From: Eledone cirrhosa
Lineage: Eukaryota
Assembly: GCA_964016885.1 (NCBI GenBank)
Contig: OZ024747.1
Span: 45,694,001-45,758,000, forward strand
Reading direction: 5' to 3'
Length of the DNA stretch: 64,000 nucleotides
Both the position numbers and the translations under genes were made by a program. Below the pieces are notes generated by a model, which saw nothing but the letters and a program-made list of their open reading frames with translations, was not told the origin of the DNA and did no database searches. How positions within the stretch are numbered: position 1 is the stretch's first letter; each line of letters begins with the position of its first letter. Positions 13,057-25,189 of the stretch are shown piece by piece.

Positions 13057-16000
13057 CTTTATTTACCATAAAGGCATAAAAAGAAGGGACAAATACAAAG
13101 GGGGAGTTTACATATAATCGAGTAAAAAGGGTGTAACATGAAAATAATCGAAAATAACCTCAAAAGGGAGGGGACGTGATGGGGGTTGCACACACCCCCG
13201 AAAAAGTGTGCAATCCTTTGCCCGGGGAGCACATGGAGAAGGTGCTCCCCTCTCCTTTACTTCTTTACCTACAGGATGGTATACAGAGAAGGCCCATTTA
13301 CACGAGCCATTCTCGCCACTATTACCCACCTTTCATAAAACTGCCTGTGGCCAAGCACCTCTCTCTCCATTCTTATCCTTCTTCCGAAGTGATATCGGAA
13401 GAAGTAGACCAGACTATGGCCAGAGAGGAAGTTGCCTGACCTCAGACCTTTCAATCGTGTCCACCAAACAACCTCTTTCAACATGGCTATTACGCACAGA
13501 AAAACCGCCTTTGCTTCCTTTGTGAAGAGGGGAGGCGGTTTGATTGTCATCACGGACTCGGCGGTCAATTTAATCGGCGCCACCCGCGACAGCAGTTGTT
13601 CGGCGTAGCCCCACAGATCAGCCACGCCCGGACATTGCACCAATGCGTGCGCTACGGTTTCTTCGTGACGCACGCATCTAGGGCAAATCTTTTTTGAGGG
13701 ATCCCTGCCCGGGCGCCCGTGTCTGTAGAGCCTCTCTCGAACGGGTAGAGCCCCTCGGTAGCACTGCCAGGCCAGTGACTTCTGGAAGTTGTCCATTGGT
13801 CCTGGGCCGAAAGTCCTACCGAACAGGCTGGCCAGTTCGTCTTCTTCCATGTCCAGCGACTCTCCAAGGGTGTCATCGCCCCTGCTAGCCACCAGCCCTC
13901 TATAGAATGATGAGGTGGATTCTCCACCGATGGCCTGGCCCGCTTGCCAGAGAGCCCTGAGCGCCTGAGCACACTCAGTGTGCCAGTCTCCCAGTTTTCC
14001 GGATCTTTGCTTGACCCAGGACTGTAGCTCGGTGAGTGAGACGAGTCTCGGAAAGGCTCGTTTCACGAACGGAGCCCACACCGGTTGACCAGTGAGGAAT
14101 ACCTGTAGGTGCCGTAGCCTTAATGCGTGCCTACGCATCATCAACCACGGCATCCCCAGCCCTCCTTTCGAAGGTTGTTGGCAGCAGATGGATCTTCTCA
14201 CCATAGGAGGACGCTTCTTCCAAAGAAATTGGAAGAGCATGCGTTCCATGGTGGTGAGTGTTTCCTTAGGGCAAGGCACGACAGTCAGGCGGTAGTAAGT
14301 GACGGACGCTATGTAAATGTTCGCCACCTCCGCCCGGCCTTTTAGGGACAGCTTACACTTGGCCCATTTCTGGGTTAGTGCAAACACCTTGTTCGTAACC
14401 TCGTTCCAGTTCTTTTCCACCTGGAGGTCCGGTCCAAACCAGACCCCAAGCAACTTTACCGGGCCCTCCGTCCAGTGTCCGACGACACCGTCAGGAGGCA
14501 TCGGTCTGCCTCTCCACGTTCCGAGTTGCAGCCCGATGGATTTTTCCCGGTTCAGTTTCGCTCCTGACAACCTTTCGTACTCCTCCAGTAAGGTACCGAT
14601 CGCCTCGATCTCCGAGTCGGTTGATACCATTACTGTTACGTCATCGGCGTAGGCCGACGCCGCTTTGCTCAATCCTGGTTCCAGGGGGATACCCTGCAAC
14701 AACTCCAACTTCCTCAGTAAAGGCTCGAGAGTCAATACGTACAGAAGGGAGGAGAGAGGGCACCCCTGTCGAATGGATCGTGTGATTTCGAACGGCTTCG
14801 AAAGGTAGCCGTTCACCTTGATCCTAGAACAGATGTGGTTGCTATGTAGGGCAGTGATCCAGCCTCTGAAAACAGGACCGAACCCAGCCGCCGCTAGCAC
14901 CGCATCCAGGTAACCATGGTCGACCCTATCGAAGGCCTTAGACTGATCCAAGTTGATCAGGGCCCCACCGAAGCCGGGTTTGTTGCCAACCCTCTCTATG
15001 ATGTATCGCATGAGGTGGAGGTTATCGTGAATGGACCTGGATGGGATAGCACATGTCTGCGCATCTCCCACCAGGCCACCCACGACAAGCGCCAACCTCT
15101 TTGCTAACACCTTGGCCAAAATCTTTAACTCTGTGTTTAGCAGGGTTATGGGCCGAAAATTATTTATACTATCCCCCTTGTTCTCGTCCTTCCTCACCAG
15201 CGTGACTACGCCCTTGGCTACAGAACAAGGAATTCTCCCGTTCTGCTGCCAATTGCAGTAGACCGCTTCGAGGAGTTCGGAGAAGAAGACCGGCATTGCT
15301 AAATAAAGTTCGTAAGGTATACCATCGAGACCTGGAGATTTGCGTCTGCTGCATTGGCTCAGCACATCTCCGATCTCATCAGCCGAGATTGGTCCCTCGC
15401 AGGACTCTGCCTCTTCGTTCGAGAGACGCGGCAGGCCGTCGAGGTATGGACCGAAATCCACGCCCCGGCCCGGACCCTCGCCTCCCCCGAACAATCGGGC
15501 AAAGTGCTTTTGAAAGGCCTCGCACATCTGCTTCGGCTCCCGGATCACTCGTCCATCTTCGTCTTGCAACGACCGGATGGTGGATCGATTTCCACTCTTA
15601 GCTTCTGTCACGCGGGCCCATCCAACGGCTTTGGCCCCCTCATTACCTAGAGCACGTATTTTACTTCGAATGACGCAGCCTTCGTGCTTTGCATCGAAAA
15701 ACTGGTGCAAGGCCGTCCTCGATGCCAGCACTCTGGCCACATCTTCGCTCTTGATTGCCTCTTCTAATTTACCTGTTAATTCTTTCTCGTTTCTATTCCT
15801 ATCGGCAGCTAACATCTTGCTATAACTTATTGATTCTGTTCTAATCTCTCTTTTGAGAGATGCCCACCATCGGTTGTTGACGATTGCACCCGTCAACCTC
15901 TCCTTAACTAATCTGCTAATCCGGTTTCTGTAAGTCTCTTTTGCCGGTAAAGACAAATTAAGTTTCCAGTAACCGGGACCCTGTCTATGTGTTTTCTCGA

Positions 16001-16867
16001 GATTGACCACGCAGGTCACTAATTTGTGATCCGTGTAGCCAACCGTGCGCATTTCTGGACAGCTTAATATGTCCCTATCCTTACTTCTAACTAAGAATCT
16101 ATCTAAGTACGATCTAGATTGACCACTGTGGTTTCTCCAAGTCCAGGTAGGCACAGTTGGAAAATCTAGTCGATATCTATCGACCAAGTTAAAACGGTCG
16201 AGTAACCCCTTGAGGCTGTTACACCCCCCTCTATTAGGACATGCTCCTGCATAGTCCCAACGTGCATCCAGGATGTCATTCCAATCCCCCGCTAGAAGCA
16301 GGGAACGCGACGTTCCCAGAAAAGTCTCCAAACGCTGGAAGAAGTCGGGCCGTTCAGCTCCGAAAGGGGAGTAGACGGCGACCAGTCTCAAGGCCGCACT
16401 TTCACTACTGCCAACGTCTAGCACCAACAAACGACCCTCCGGGTCCGAGTGCACAACCTGTACGGCAAGACCCAGGTGTTTTTGCAGCAGTACGACAACC
16501 CCACCCCCACCTCCAGGTTGACAGAGAGATGCATGCACCTCAAAGTCATCGAAGGTGGGGGCCAGCTGCCGCACGACGCTGATTCGAGTCTCACAGATAA
16601 CCATTACATTTATACTACATGACCTGAGGTCATTTAGAAGCTTTGCTTGCTTCCAAGTTGAGCCCAGGCCACGTGCATTCAAACATCCTACTCTTAACAC
16701 ATCCATGTGGGCGGCAGAGCCAAAGGAGAGTGTAGAGACCTACCTTTCCACTTCCCGGGGTTCGGGTTGCACGACTTCCATGGGGTCGGGGGTGTTGGGT
16801 GAAGGGGTGTCTTGTGGTGGTGTGGGGTCGTCAGTGTGTGGTGGGGTTGGGGTGTTTGGAGTTGTGT
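13053..16867 (-). mobile_element. Tx1/L1-clade non-LTR retrotransposon, 5'-truncated within ORF1
   Basis: GC-rich block with intact ORF2, a Pro-rich ORF1 tail (16740-16867) and a 3' UTR ending AATAAAAGAAAT. Bounded by (TC)n at both ends. Confidence 0.93.
13269..16706 (-). CDS. LINE ORF2: APE endonuclease, reverse transcriptase and C-terminal zinc finger (1145 aa, uninterrupted)
   Basis: LNARGL, ICET, GDWN, LDRFLV and TDH (APE); SPGLDG, FRPITLLN, DQSKAFD, RQGCPLS and YADD (RT); CPRC...ETVAHALVQC (zinc finger). Confidence 0.95.
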   Translation of the reverse strand: MDVLRVGCLNARGLGSTWKQAKLLNDLRSCSINVMVICETRISVVRQLAPTFDDFEVHASLCQPGGGGGVVVLLQKHLGLAVQVVHSDPEGRLLVLDVGSSESAALRLVAVYSPFGAERPDFFQRLETFLGTSRSLLLAGDWNDILDARWDYAGACPNRGGCNSLKGLLDRFNLVDRYRLDFPTVPTWTWRNHSGQSRSYLDRFLVRSKDRDILSCPEMRTVGYTDHKLVTCVVNLEKTHRQGPGYWKLNLSLPAKETYRNRISRLVKERLTGAIVNNRWWASLKREIRTESISYSKMLAADRNRNEKELTGKLEEAIKSEDVARVLASRTALHQFFDAKHEGCVIRSKIRALGNEGAKAVGWARVTEAKSGNRSTIRSLQDEDGRVIREPKQMCEAFQKHFARLFGGGEGPGRGVDFGPYLDGLPRLSNEEAESCEGPISADEIGDVLSQCSRRKSPGLDGIPYELYLAMPVFFSELLEAVYCNWQQNGRIPCSVAKGVVTLVRKDENKGDSINNFRPITLLNTELKILAKVLAKRLALVVGGLVGDAQTCAIPSRSIHDNLHLMRYIIERVGNKPGFGGALINLDQSKAFDRVDHGYLDAVLAAAGFGPVFRGWITALHSNHICSRIKVNGYLSKPFEITRSIRQGCPLSSLLYVLTLEPLLRKLELLQGIPLEPGLSKAASAYADDVTVMVSTDSEIEAIGTLLEEYERLSGAKLNREKSIGLQLGTWRGRPMPPDGVVGHWTEGPVKLLGVWFGPDLQVEKNWNEVTNKVFALTQKWAKCKLSLKGRAEVANIYIASVTYYRLTVVPCPKETLTTMERMLFQFLWKKRPPMVRRSICCQQPSKGGLGMPWLMMRRHALRLRHLQVFLTGQPVWAPFVKRAFPRLVSLTELQSWVKQRSGKLGDWHTECAQALRALWQAGQAIGGESTSSFYRGLVASRGDDTLGESLDMEEDELASLFGRTFGPGPMDNFQKSLAWQCYRGALPVRERLYRHGRPGRDPSKKICPRCVRHEETVAHALVQCPGVADLWGYAEQLLSRVAPIKLTAESVMTIKPPPLFTKEAKAVFLCVIAMLKEVVWWTRLKGLRSGNFLSGHSLVYFFRYHFGRRIRMEREVLGHRQFYERWVIVARMARVNGPSLYTIL

Positions 16868-16899
16868 AGAGAGAGAGATAGATAGATAGATAGATAGAT

Positions 16900-17942
16900 A
16901 TCTTTATTTGCCACAGGGGCGTCAAAAATGGGACGTTACAAGACGTGACAGGCGGGGGTTTTACATAAAATCTTAAACAATGATAAATAACAATAAACTA
17001 TATAAAAATAAAACAATTGAAATCCTCATTAGGGAGTGGGGGTAACGCTACTGCGGGGTTGTTTTACACCCCGTGGATAGAACAACCCTCAACACCAGGA
17101 ACACATTTTATAGGTGTTCCTGTCTTCCTTCTGTTTATCTTCCTCAACCTACAGCTTTATATACAGAGAAGACCCATTCACTCGGGCCATTTTCGCCACA
17201 TTCATCCACCGTTCAGCGAATTTACTGGGGTGTAGCACCTCTCTCTCCACTCTTACCTTCCTTCTGAAGTCATACTTAAAGAATGGGATGAGTTGTTATC
17301 CGGAGAGAAACGTGCTTGCCCTAAGTCCTTTTAACCTCGTCCACCGTATTACCTCTTTCGCCATAGCCCCCAGACAGAAGAAGACCGCCTCTCCTTCATT
17401 CTTAAATGAAGGCGGCGGGGTGATCCTCACGAATAACTCGGCTGACAAATGGATGCGTCCTACACGTGACAGTAGCTGTTCGACATAATTCCACAGGTCG
17501 GTCACCCCTGGGCACTGAACAATTGCCTGCAGAACGGTTTCGATGTCCTGCTCGCATCTTGGACAGGTCCTTTTGGCAGGATCTCTGCCAGGGCGTCCGT
17601 GTCTGTAGATTTTGTCTCGAACTGGTAGAGCTCCTGGGTAACACTGCCAAGCCAGAGACCTCTGGAAGTTATCCATAGGCCCTGGACGGAAAGTCCTCCT
17701 GAACAGACTGGTCATTTCGTCTTCCTCGATGCCTAGAGTTTCCCCGAGAACGTCGTTGCACTTATCCTCCACTAATCCCCTATAGAATGTCGAAGTGGAG
17801 TCTCCGCTGATTGCCGTATCCGCTTCGTAGAGGGCTGTGAGCGCCTGAAGGCATTCGAGGTGCCAGGCGCCCATTTTCGGTGTTCGCTTGACCCAGGACT
17901 GCAGCTCTGTTAGTGAGACGAGTTGTGGAAGAACTCGTCTCA
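16900..17942 (-). mobile_element. 5'-truncated Tx1-like LINE of a related subfamily (ORF2 C-terminus plus 3' UTR)
   Basis: Peptide LVSLTELQSWVK...GPMDNFQRSLAWQCY.GALPVR...CPRC aligns with the 1145-aa ORF. (TATC)n at both junctions. Confidence 0.9.
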
Positions 17943-18344
17943 ATAGATAGATAGATAGATTTATATATTTATTTGTTGTCCGAAAATATATACACATAGG
18001 TAGGGAGCTATTGATAGCTTTCCAATTGACTACTGCCCATTTTATCAGCACTGTTGTGAAACAGGAGTAGCAATGAAGGAAACAAATTTCCATTTTCCAA
18101 AGACCCCGTCCATTATCACACCCCTAGATTCCTATCGGTTTCTCTTGATCATTAGTAGCTTCTCTTACAACTAATACAGGCCGACTATATATGCTCACTC
18201 CTCTTTTCCCTTCACTGCTCTGTATACACACATAGACACCTTATATTAACATACTTTTGCTCATAGCTACCTACTTACATGCACACACACACACTTTTCC
18301 TCACATATACACACACATTTCTTCTTAGCTTCGTACGGACGTAT

Positions 18345-18391
<47 letters not shown>

Positions 18392-18620
18392 TGCTTACGC
18401 ACGTGCTCAAGTATAGTTCTTTTTAGAAAACGGTTTTTATTCCATTTCAGGTAGACGCTCTCCATCATCCACTTTTCTAAAAAATAAATCATACACAAAA
18501 CGCCAACACCAACAGTTTTGCAAGAGATGTCAACATGAATGGATCTATTATTTTTATCTAAAGACATTTTTTCCAATTTCATCCCGCCCGTCCTCTCAAT
18601 CTATTTTATTTCTCATTCTT

Positions 18621-18656
18621 TCTTCTGATGCAGGACTAGCGTGCGAAACGTTAAGA
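18621..18656 (+). ncRNA. Degenerate minimal hammerhead
   Basis: TCTT-CTGATGC-(poor stem II)-GAAA-CG-TT-AAGA; A9 is mutated. Confidence 0.45.
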
Positions 18657-18743
18657 CCCTCTTCCTGCTAGATCAAGCGTTAACCTAATATATCCCTTCC
18701 ATATACTGTACCGATCGTGTTGTTATTTCTGTTTACTTTTTAT

Positions 18744-18790
<47 letters not shown>

Positions 18791-18937
18791 AATTAAAGTA
18801 CTAGAGTGTGTTGGAGTTAAACACCCTCTTCATATTATAGAAATGACAGTATAAGTTATAGCTCAATGTAATTAAACAGAGCCAAAGAATTATAAACAAA
18901 TAAACCAAAGAAGCCTTCAATACATCAAAAGTCTTTA

Positions 18938-18980
18938 TTAGCCAACAATGTTTCGTCCTATTAAGGACTCATCAGGGCAA
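18938..18980 (-). ncRNA. Minimal type I hammerhead in a pLTR-like repeat (18788-19620)
   Basis: Minus strand reads TTGCC-CTGATGA-GTCCT TAAT AGGAC-GAAA-CATTG-TT-GGCTAA. Confidence 0.85.
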
Positions 18981-19622
18981 GTAAAGCTACAAGAAGCACT
19001 ATCGGCCAATACAAGCCAGATTTGCATTTGATGTAAACACAGATAGTTAAATCTTCCCCCCTTGCTGAAGATCCGATATGTGACTACTGTGACTTTACGG
19101 ATTAATGGTGAAATATATTTCTTTAATGAAATATATACAAGGAGGATTGATCATTTTTTAAAAAAGGTAATATTTGAAGCTCTAGTTGAACTTTAATTAG
19201 TGACCTTCCTAGCTATGTGTGATTACACACTTTACAAATTATCCCCTGTGATTGTTTCACGTGTTTATTTTAAATATATATATATGTTAATCAATTTCTA
19301 GTTGATATAAAATGCTCGGATCTATTCATTGGAATCTTTGAGCTTATTCTACGGTGGATATGGCGCATGTCTCGGACATGAATCCCTTAATTTAATTTAA
19401 TTTAATTAATTTTGAATATATATATATATATATAGTAATAATAATAAATTTGAAGACTAAAATCCAAAGAGGGCTCGATAAGGATAAATATATATCAAAT
19501 ATATAAGAACCCTAGAGCAAATATTTATTAAAATAACAGATTAATTTTTTAGTTTCAGAAGATCCAGTTAAGGGTGAAAGCAGCGATTCTTTGCTTAAAC
19601 TTTAATCTGTTATTTTAATATC

Positions 19623-20484
19623 CGAGGTGTGTCAGAAAGATTCCAGGACTGATGTCACAAAAGATTTATTTCAAACCCAAACTTCAAACTAAGAGTTTTC
19701 TCCTTCAAAGTAACCCCCTGGAGTATGTAACTGTAATCTTAACTCTCTGTAGCGATCAAACTTTTTTCTTCATAATTTGATATACATGTCCTCTGTTTCA
19801 GGTCGTCAAGCAATGAGCACAGAGCAACGAACAAACTTGAAGTTTCTGGTACGGTTGGGGAAAACTCCGTCGAGATGAGACGATGTCACGCTCACGTGTT
19901 TTTGAGTGGTGCAAGAGGTTTAAAGAAGGACGCGAGGACGTGGAAGATGGCCACAGGAGCGGAAGGCCCTCGACAACCAGGACTGCGGTCAACGTTGAGC
20001 GCGTCAGGCAGATGGTGCGTAGCGAGCGTCGGCTGACTGTTCGACTGATGGCAAATGAGCTGGGCATGAATCGGGACAGCGTCTGGAAGATTCTCACTGA
20101 AGATTTGGACATGCGGAAAGTGTGCGCGAAGATGGTGCCAAAACTGCTGAACGATGACCAGAAGGGTCGACGCATGCAAGTGTGCCAAGACATCCTCGAG
20201 CGTCTTAAAACCGAATCAGACTTGCTAGGGACAGTCATCAGCGGTGATGAGTCATGGATCTTCGAGTACGACCCGAAGGGGACCCGTTTTGAAGACGTGG
20301 ACGACATCTAAAAGGCCATGACGACGGAACTGCGGAGGATCCCGGAAGAATCCTTCCAGGAGTGCATGCAAGTGTGGTAGAAAAGGATGGAAAAGTGCAT
20401 TAGACTCCAGGGGATTACTTTGAAGTTTGGGTTTGAAATAAATCTTTTGTGACATCAGTCCTGGAACTTTTCTAACTCACCTCG
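19623..20484 (+). mobile_element. Mariner (Tc1/mariner) element, internally deleted, with ~66-bp TIRs
   Basis: TIRs 19623-19688 and 20419-20484, with TA after the right end. Transposase pieces MSTEQRTNLKF..., VFEWCKRFKEGR...RSGRPST, KMVPKLL, GDESWIFEYDP, then a jump to KGTRF...GDYFE. Confidence 0.93.
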
Positions 20485-21074
20485 TATATATATGTGTGTG
20501 TGTATGTGTGTGTGTGGTATGTGTGTGTGTATATATATATATATATACATATACATATACTATACTATATACTATATACTACATATAATGTTCTGCTAAT
20601 TAAAATGTTGTCTAACATCAAACTGTTGTTTACATATGTCACCATGTTTAAGAAATATTTATTATATGCCAATAATATCTATTAATGTTTTATAAATAAA
20701 ATATTGAATATTTTTCGTATACAAAATTATATTATATAGATAATAAACAAAATTCATTCTCTTTGGAAATTATTTTGCTTAAATTATTTCCTTATCAGAT
20801 CATCGGTTTTGTACTATGGTCAATATTTTCTAGTTTGATTAAGTGTTCAAATTCAGACTTTTATCATCATATACACAGCTTTAAAATTGATATGTTGCAG
20901 ACTAAGTAAATTTCCTTTACGTGGTTGTGCTAGATACAGCCAGCAAATTTCAAACCAATAACAGCCTACCTTTGTCATAAATTAAGAGCACTACAAACTA
21001 TCCAATGAGCCTCCATATGGTTCCATGGCCGGATAGAAGTAGAAAACAACTAGTCTTCAAATAGCGTTCCTATT

Positions 21075-21190
21075 AATAAAGGAATAAAGGTATTTATTAT
21101 ATAAAGGAATAAAGGAATAAAGGTATTTATTATATAAAGGAATAAAGGAATAATGGAATAAAGGTATTTATTATATAAAGGAATAAAGGA
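21075..21190. repeat. Minisatellite of AATAAAGG / TATTTATTATATAAAGG units
   Basis: About three imperfect copies. Confidence 0.8.
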
Positions 21191-21316
21191 TATTTTAGAT
21201 AGTGTAGATCTAGTTGGTCCTATGTGTGTAATGATGACAGGTCATGGTTTGATTATCTTTTATCGTAGGTCTCCTCACTTAGGTGTGTTTTAACATGTGT
21301 AAACGCAATTATAAAA

Positions 21317-21503
21317 TAATTGTTTCTACTTTTGGCACAAGGCCAGCAAAAACCCAGTGTATTACTGGTACTTTATTTTATCGACCCCGTAAGGATAAAA
21401 GGCAAAGTTAATCTCGGCGGGATTTGAACTCAGACCGTAAAGGGACGTAACTCTATGCTTCAAAGTATGGTGTCCGACTCTCTCCCGATACTGCCAATCC
21501 ACC
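21317..21503 (-). mobile_element. tRNA-derived SINE
   Basis: Family match with box A/B on the minus strand; TTATAAAATAAT present on both flanks (target-site duplication). Confidence 0.88.
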
Positions 21504-21929
21504 GTATTATTATAAAATAATAGTGTTCTGCATTGTCGCATAGCCTGCGAGAAATAAAAGCGAAATTTCTCAAAACCACACAATACTGCTTTAAAAGGAG
21601 GAATATAATTTGGGTAATGGAATCGCTAGATACATTATTCAAACATTCATATTTAGCAGACACTTCTGAAATTGCGATTCTGAGTTTCAAATTTTACCGA
21701 CTCTTAGGAAATGAATGAAATCATTTGAATGAATTTATACGCGTGAGAAATAACATATCCAAAGATAACGCAAACCTGTGTACTCATGATCGCCAACACA
21801 ACATTCTAAGCACTATAGCACAACATTCTAAGCACTATAGCATGCATCTTTATCAATTCGTAAATAACACTAACTAACAACACTGTTGTTGTAGTTAATG
21901 TTTTGGAGTGTAAATCAATGCTTTAGCAC

Positions 21930-22020
21930 GTGGGACCCTATTTGCTCACCATGCAAGGATAGGGAGGGTGAGAGAGATGGGGGTCGATGACGGTGGGAGT
22001 TTGGCTCTTCCACGTTCGGA
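21930..22020 (+). mobile_element. Solo 3'-end fragment related to the CRE-like element
   Basis: GGGACCC...GAGATGGGGGTCGATGACGGTGGGAGTT... is similar to 31588-31680. Confidence 0.6.
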
Positions 22021-22544
22021 CCATATCCTTGTGGTTGTGTTTATTATCAATATAGAAAATTATTTATTTCCACTGTTCCAGTAAAGCTGTCACAGTGGGG
22101 GAACATCTCGTTCATTTGTTAAATTCACTGGGCTATTCTCATTTGAAAAAAATGTAATGAGGCTGACTGTCTAATCAAGTTCGTTGTGTGTGTGTTATTT
22201 TGTGTATATATAAACTTTGTATTGTTGAGTTCAATACTAATTCCTGTGTAAGTGTTTCCCGTTGCACAAGAGCAGGAAACCATACTGAAAAGAAATCTGA
22301 ATACACTAAACTATAATTCTAATATCTAAAAGCACATATTTTGGTTACTCCAGTTATTGAGACAAAATGTACATTTTCCTAAGCTTCCTTGCTTGAAAAT
22401 AATCATGAAAGAGACACACTTTTCATTTGGTAACCATAGCAAAAATCTGAACGTTATAAAAGTAAATCTGTCCAGCGTATAAGTTAATAACAACAACAAT
22501 GGTAGTGGCAACGGCAGCAATTATTATTTCTGACATTAGCGCAA

Positions 22545-23187
22545 ACGCAACAATTTAGGGGACGAGGAAAGTCGAATATACATACCCAAGCACTTAACTG
22601 TTTTTTTATTTTATCGACCCTGGAAGGTAGAAAGACAAAGTTGACATCGGTGGTATTTGAACTGAGAAATTAGAAAGTTGCGACTAAATGCCACAAAGTA
22701 TTTTGTCCGACGCTCTACCGATATTGGCAATTCACTCCTATTTGTAGTAGTAGTAATAATAATTGTTTCTACTTTAGGCACAAGGCCAGCAATTACTCAG
22801 TACATTACTGGTACTTTATTTTATCGACCCCGTAAGGATGAAAGACAAAGTTAACCTCGGGGGGATTTGAACTCAGAATGTAAAGGGACGTTCTGAGTTC
22901 AAATCCCGCCGAGGTTAACTTTGCCTTTCATCCTTACGGGGTCGATAAAATAAAGTACCAGTAGTAGTAATAATAATGATTTCTAGTATAGGCACAATGC
23001 CAGTAATTTGGAGTGGAGGGGAAAGTCGATTAAATCGATTCCAGTGTATTACTGGTGCTTTATTTTGTCGAACCCGAAAGGTTGAAAGGCAACGTTAACC
23101 TCGGTGGGATTTGAACTCAGAACACAAAGGGACGTAACTCTCTGTTGCGAAATAGGGTGTCCGACGCTCTACTGATACTGCCAATCC
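22545..23187 (-). mobile_element. Cluster of three SINE copies plus an inverted partial copy (22889-22963, plus strand)
   Basis: Family matches at about 22545-22738, 22759-22890 and 22976-23187. Confidence 0.85.
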
Positions 23188-24337
23188 AAATCAAATATCA
23201 CTTTTGTAAATTTTAGTATGGTAGCAAGAAAAGTTAATAGACTGTTATGTCATGTTTTTCACATTATATATATATTAATAACCTCACATGGATCTACCAT
23301 CAATTTGTGTTATGCTGAATCTTGAAATTATTTTATAAATATATAAAAAATAATAAAACATAGCACATTTGAAAGTTTATTTTACTATAAAACTCGATTT
23401 TACCAAAAATATATAAAATAAATAGAATGAAAATAAATATACCTATACGTTAGAGTATTGACACACGCAAAAAATAAAGTGGCAATAATGTATTGCGATG
23501 TGTTTATATTTTTATCTGCGTATCTTTTCGTACTGTTCTCAGTTCATAAATTACTATGTAGCATCAATAATACAGGTCAATTGCATGTAAATCAAATTCA
23601 ATTTATTCATTCTGCTTCTATGATGCATAATAAAACATGTTTATTATTCAGTTGTACAAGGGTTTTTCTGAAAATAGATTGGATCCCAAGGCGGTTCTTC
23701 ACAATGGGGTCTTTGAATACAACAGTATAACTAGCGCTACAACAGTCTAAGCTTTTATAAGTTGCTATTTTACAATTTAAAGAAGGCAGGTAAAGTATTG
23801 ATTTTTTTAACAAAATTCAAACTTGTCAAATAACGAGATTTCCCTATTCTATATTGATGGTACCTTATTTAAATTCAGACGCTGTATGTGTATCTGTGTG
23901 TATGTTCGATGTGTATGCCTGTATTTATGTGTTTATGTGTATGCCATATGTTCCTTCTTGAAATCCATATAAATAAGTCAACGCGAGAGTCTATATATTG
24001 CCGCTATATCTGATAAAAATGTAGCACTAAATATACTACCAAATCAAACGAGAATAACGACGTTATACTTACGACTGGCATATGCTTTACCATAAGTACA
24101 CCGTGTAGAGTAAAACAACGCCGTTGGTGGGTACAAATACGGCTTCTACTTGTGGTTTCATTTGTGATAAATAAATCTACTTAATCAGTGCTGCTTTAGC
24201 ATTAAACAGTAAGAACAATTAAGTAAAGTTGTATCTTATATATTGCAAAAGCATAGTACTAGTAACAAGATAGGAACTTTGCATATTGCTTTGCAGTATC
24301 CATTTTCACTTAGCCGCCCGAGATTCTTAAATGTATA

Positions 24338-24549
24338 ATGATGGTTTCTTATATAGACACAAGGTCAGCAATTTTGGGGGAGGGGGAAAGTCGATTAAAT
24401 CGAACCCAGTGCGTGACTGGTACTTTATTTTATCGACCTTGTAAGGATGAAAAGCAAGGTTAACCTCTGCGGGATTTGAACTCAGATCATAAAGGGACGT
24501 AACTCTATGCTGCAAAGCATGGTGTCCGACCCTCTACCGATACTGCCAG
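24338..24549 (-). mobile_element. tRNA-derived SINE
   Basis: Family match. Confidence 0.85.
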
Positions 24550-24660
24550 TCGTTGGTGATTAAACTGGCAACACCACTACGCTTGCTTGGTGAGGAATGG
24601 GATTTTGGACACCCTGCGGGATGAAAAACAAGATCCGTCAAAGATTGGAGGATCTCAGGA
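24550..24660 (+). repeat. Interspersed repeat shared with 58950-59050, probably the 5' region of a LINE
   Basis: TAAAC(T/C)GGCAAC(A/G)CCAC...CTTGGTGAGGA...GATTTTGGAC is present at both sites. Confidence 0.6.
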
Positions 24661-25189
24661 GTTTTTGTTTTGTGGGGCGAGAGACACCGAGTCTTCATTA
24701 AAACATCTCTCTCGGAGGTCACTCTGATACACAACCAGCGACTGACTTCGCTTGCATCCAAAGATATAGACCAGATCTTCTTTTTGGTCAAATGCATTCG
24801 ATGTTCAGGATTGGCCCCGTGCAAAGTCTTTCCTCACTTAAAAAAGCTTCAAGCAAAGGCATCGCTTGATATGTGACATTTGCTGCGATGCATGACATGG
24901 CTGGCCGTAGGCAAGTCCCTAGCAAAACTAAAAAGCCATGCCCGCTTAAGTATCAAGCGATGCCATTACTAGATATCGAGTTGCAGCCACCATGTATGTA
25001 TGTAAATATATCTATCTATCTAAGGCGGGTAAAATTCCCGAGATCCATGGACGAGTTCTCTCCAGCGGTCTCTGTCCCTCATTATCGCTGCCATGTCCTG
25101 CGTCTCCAACAGACCAGTGTCTGTCCTTAGGGCATCAGCATACGTTAACCTTGGTCTTACTCTTCCAGTGTGTCCATGTAGGGGCTCCC

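Noticed and set aside
13108-17678. Many short overlapping or antisense ORFs
   Set aside because: Shadow frames of the GC-rich LINE ORF2.
21075-21190. Regularly spaced short repeats (CRISPR-like)
   Set aside because: No unique spacers, eukaryotic context; a simple minisatellite.
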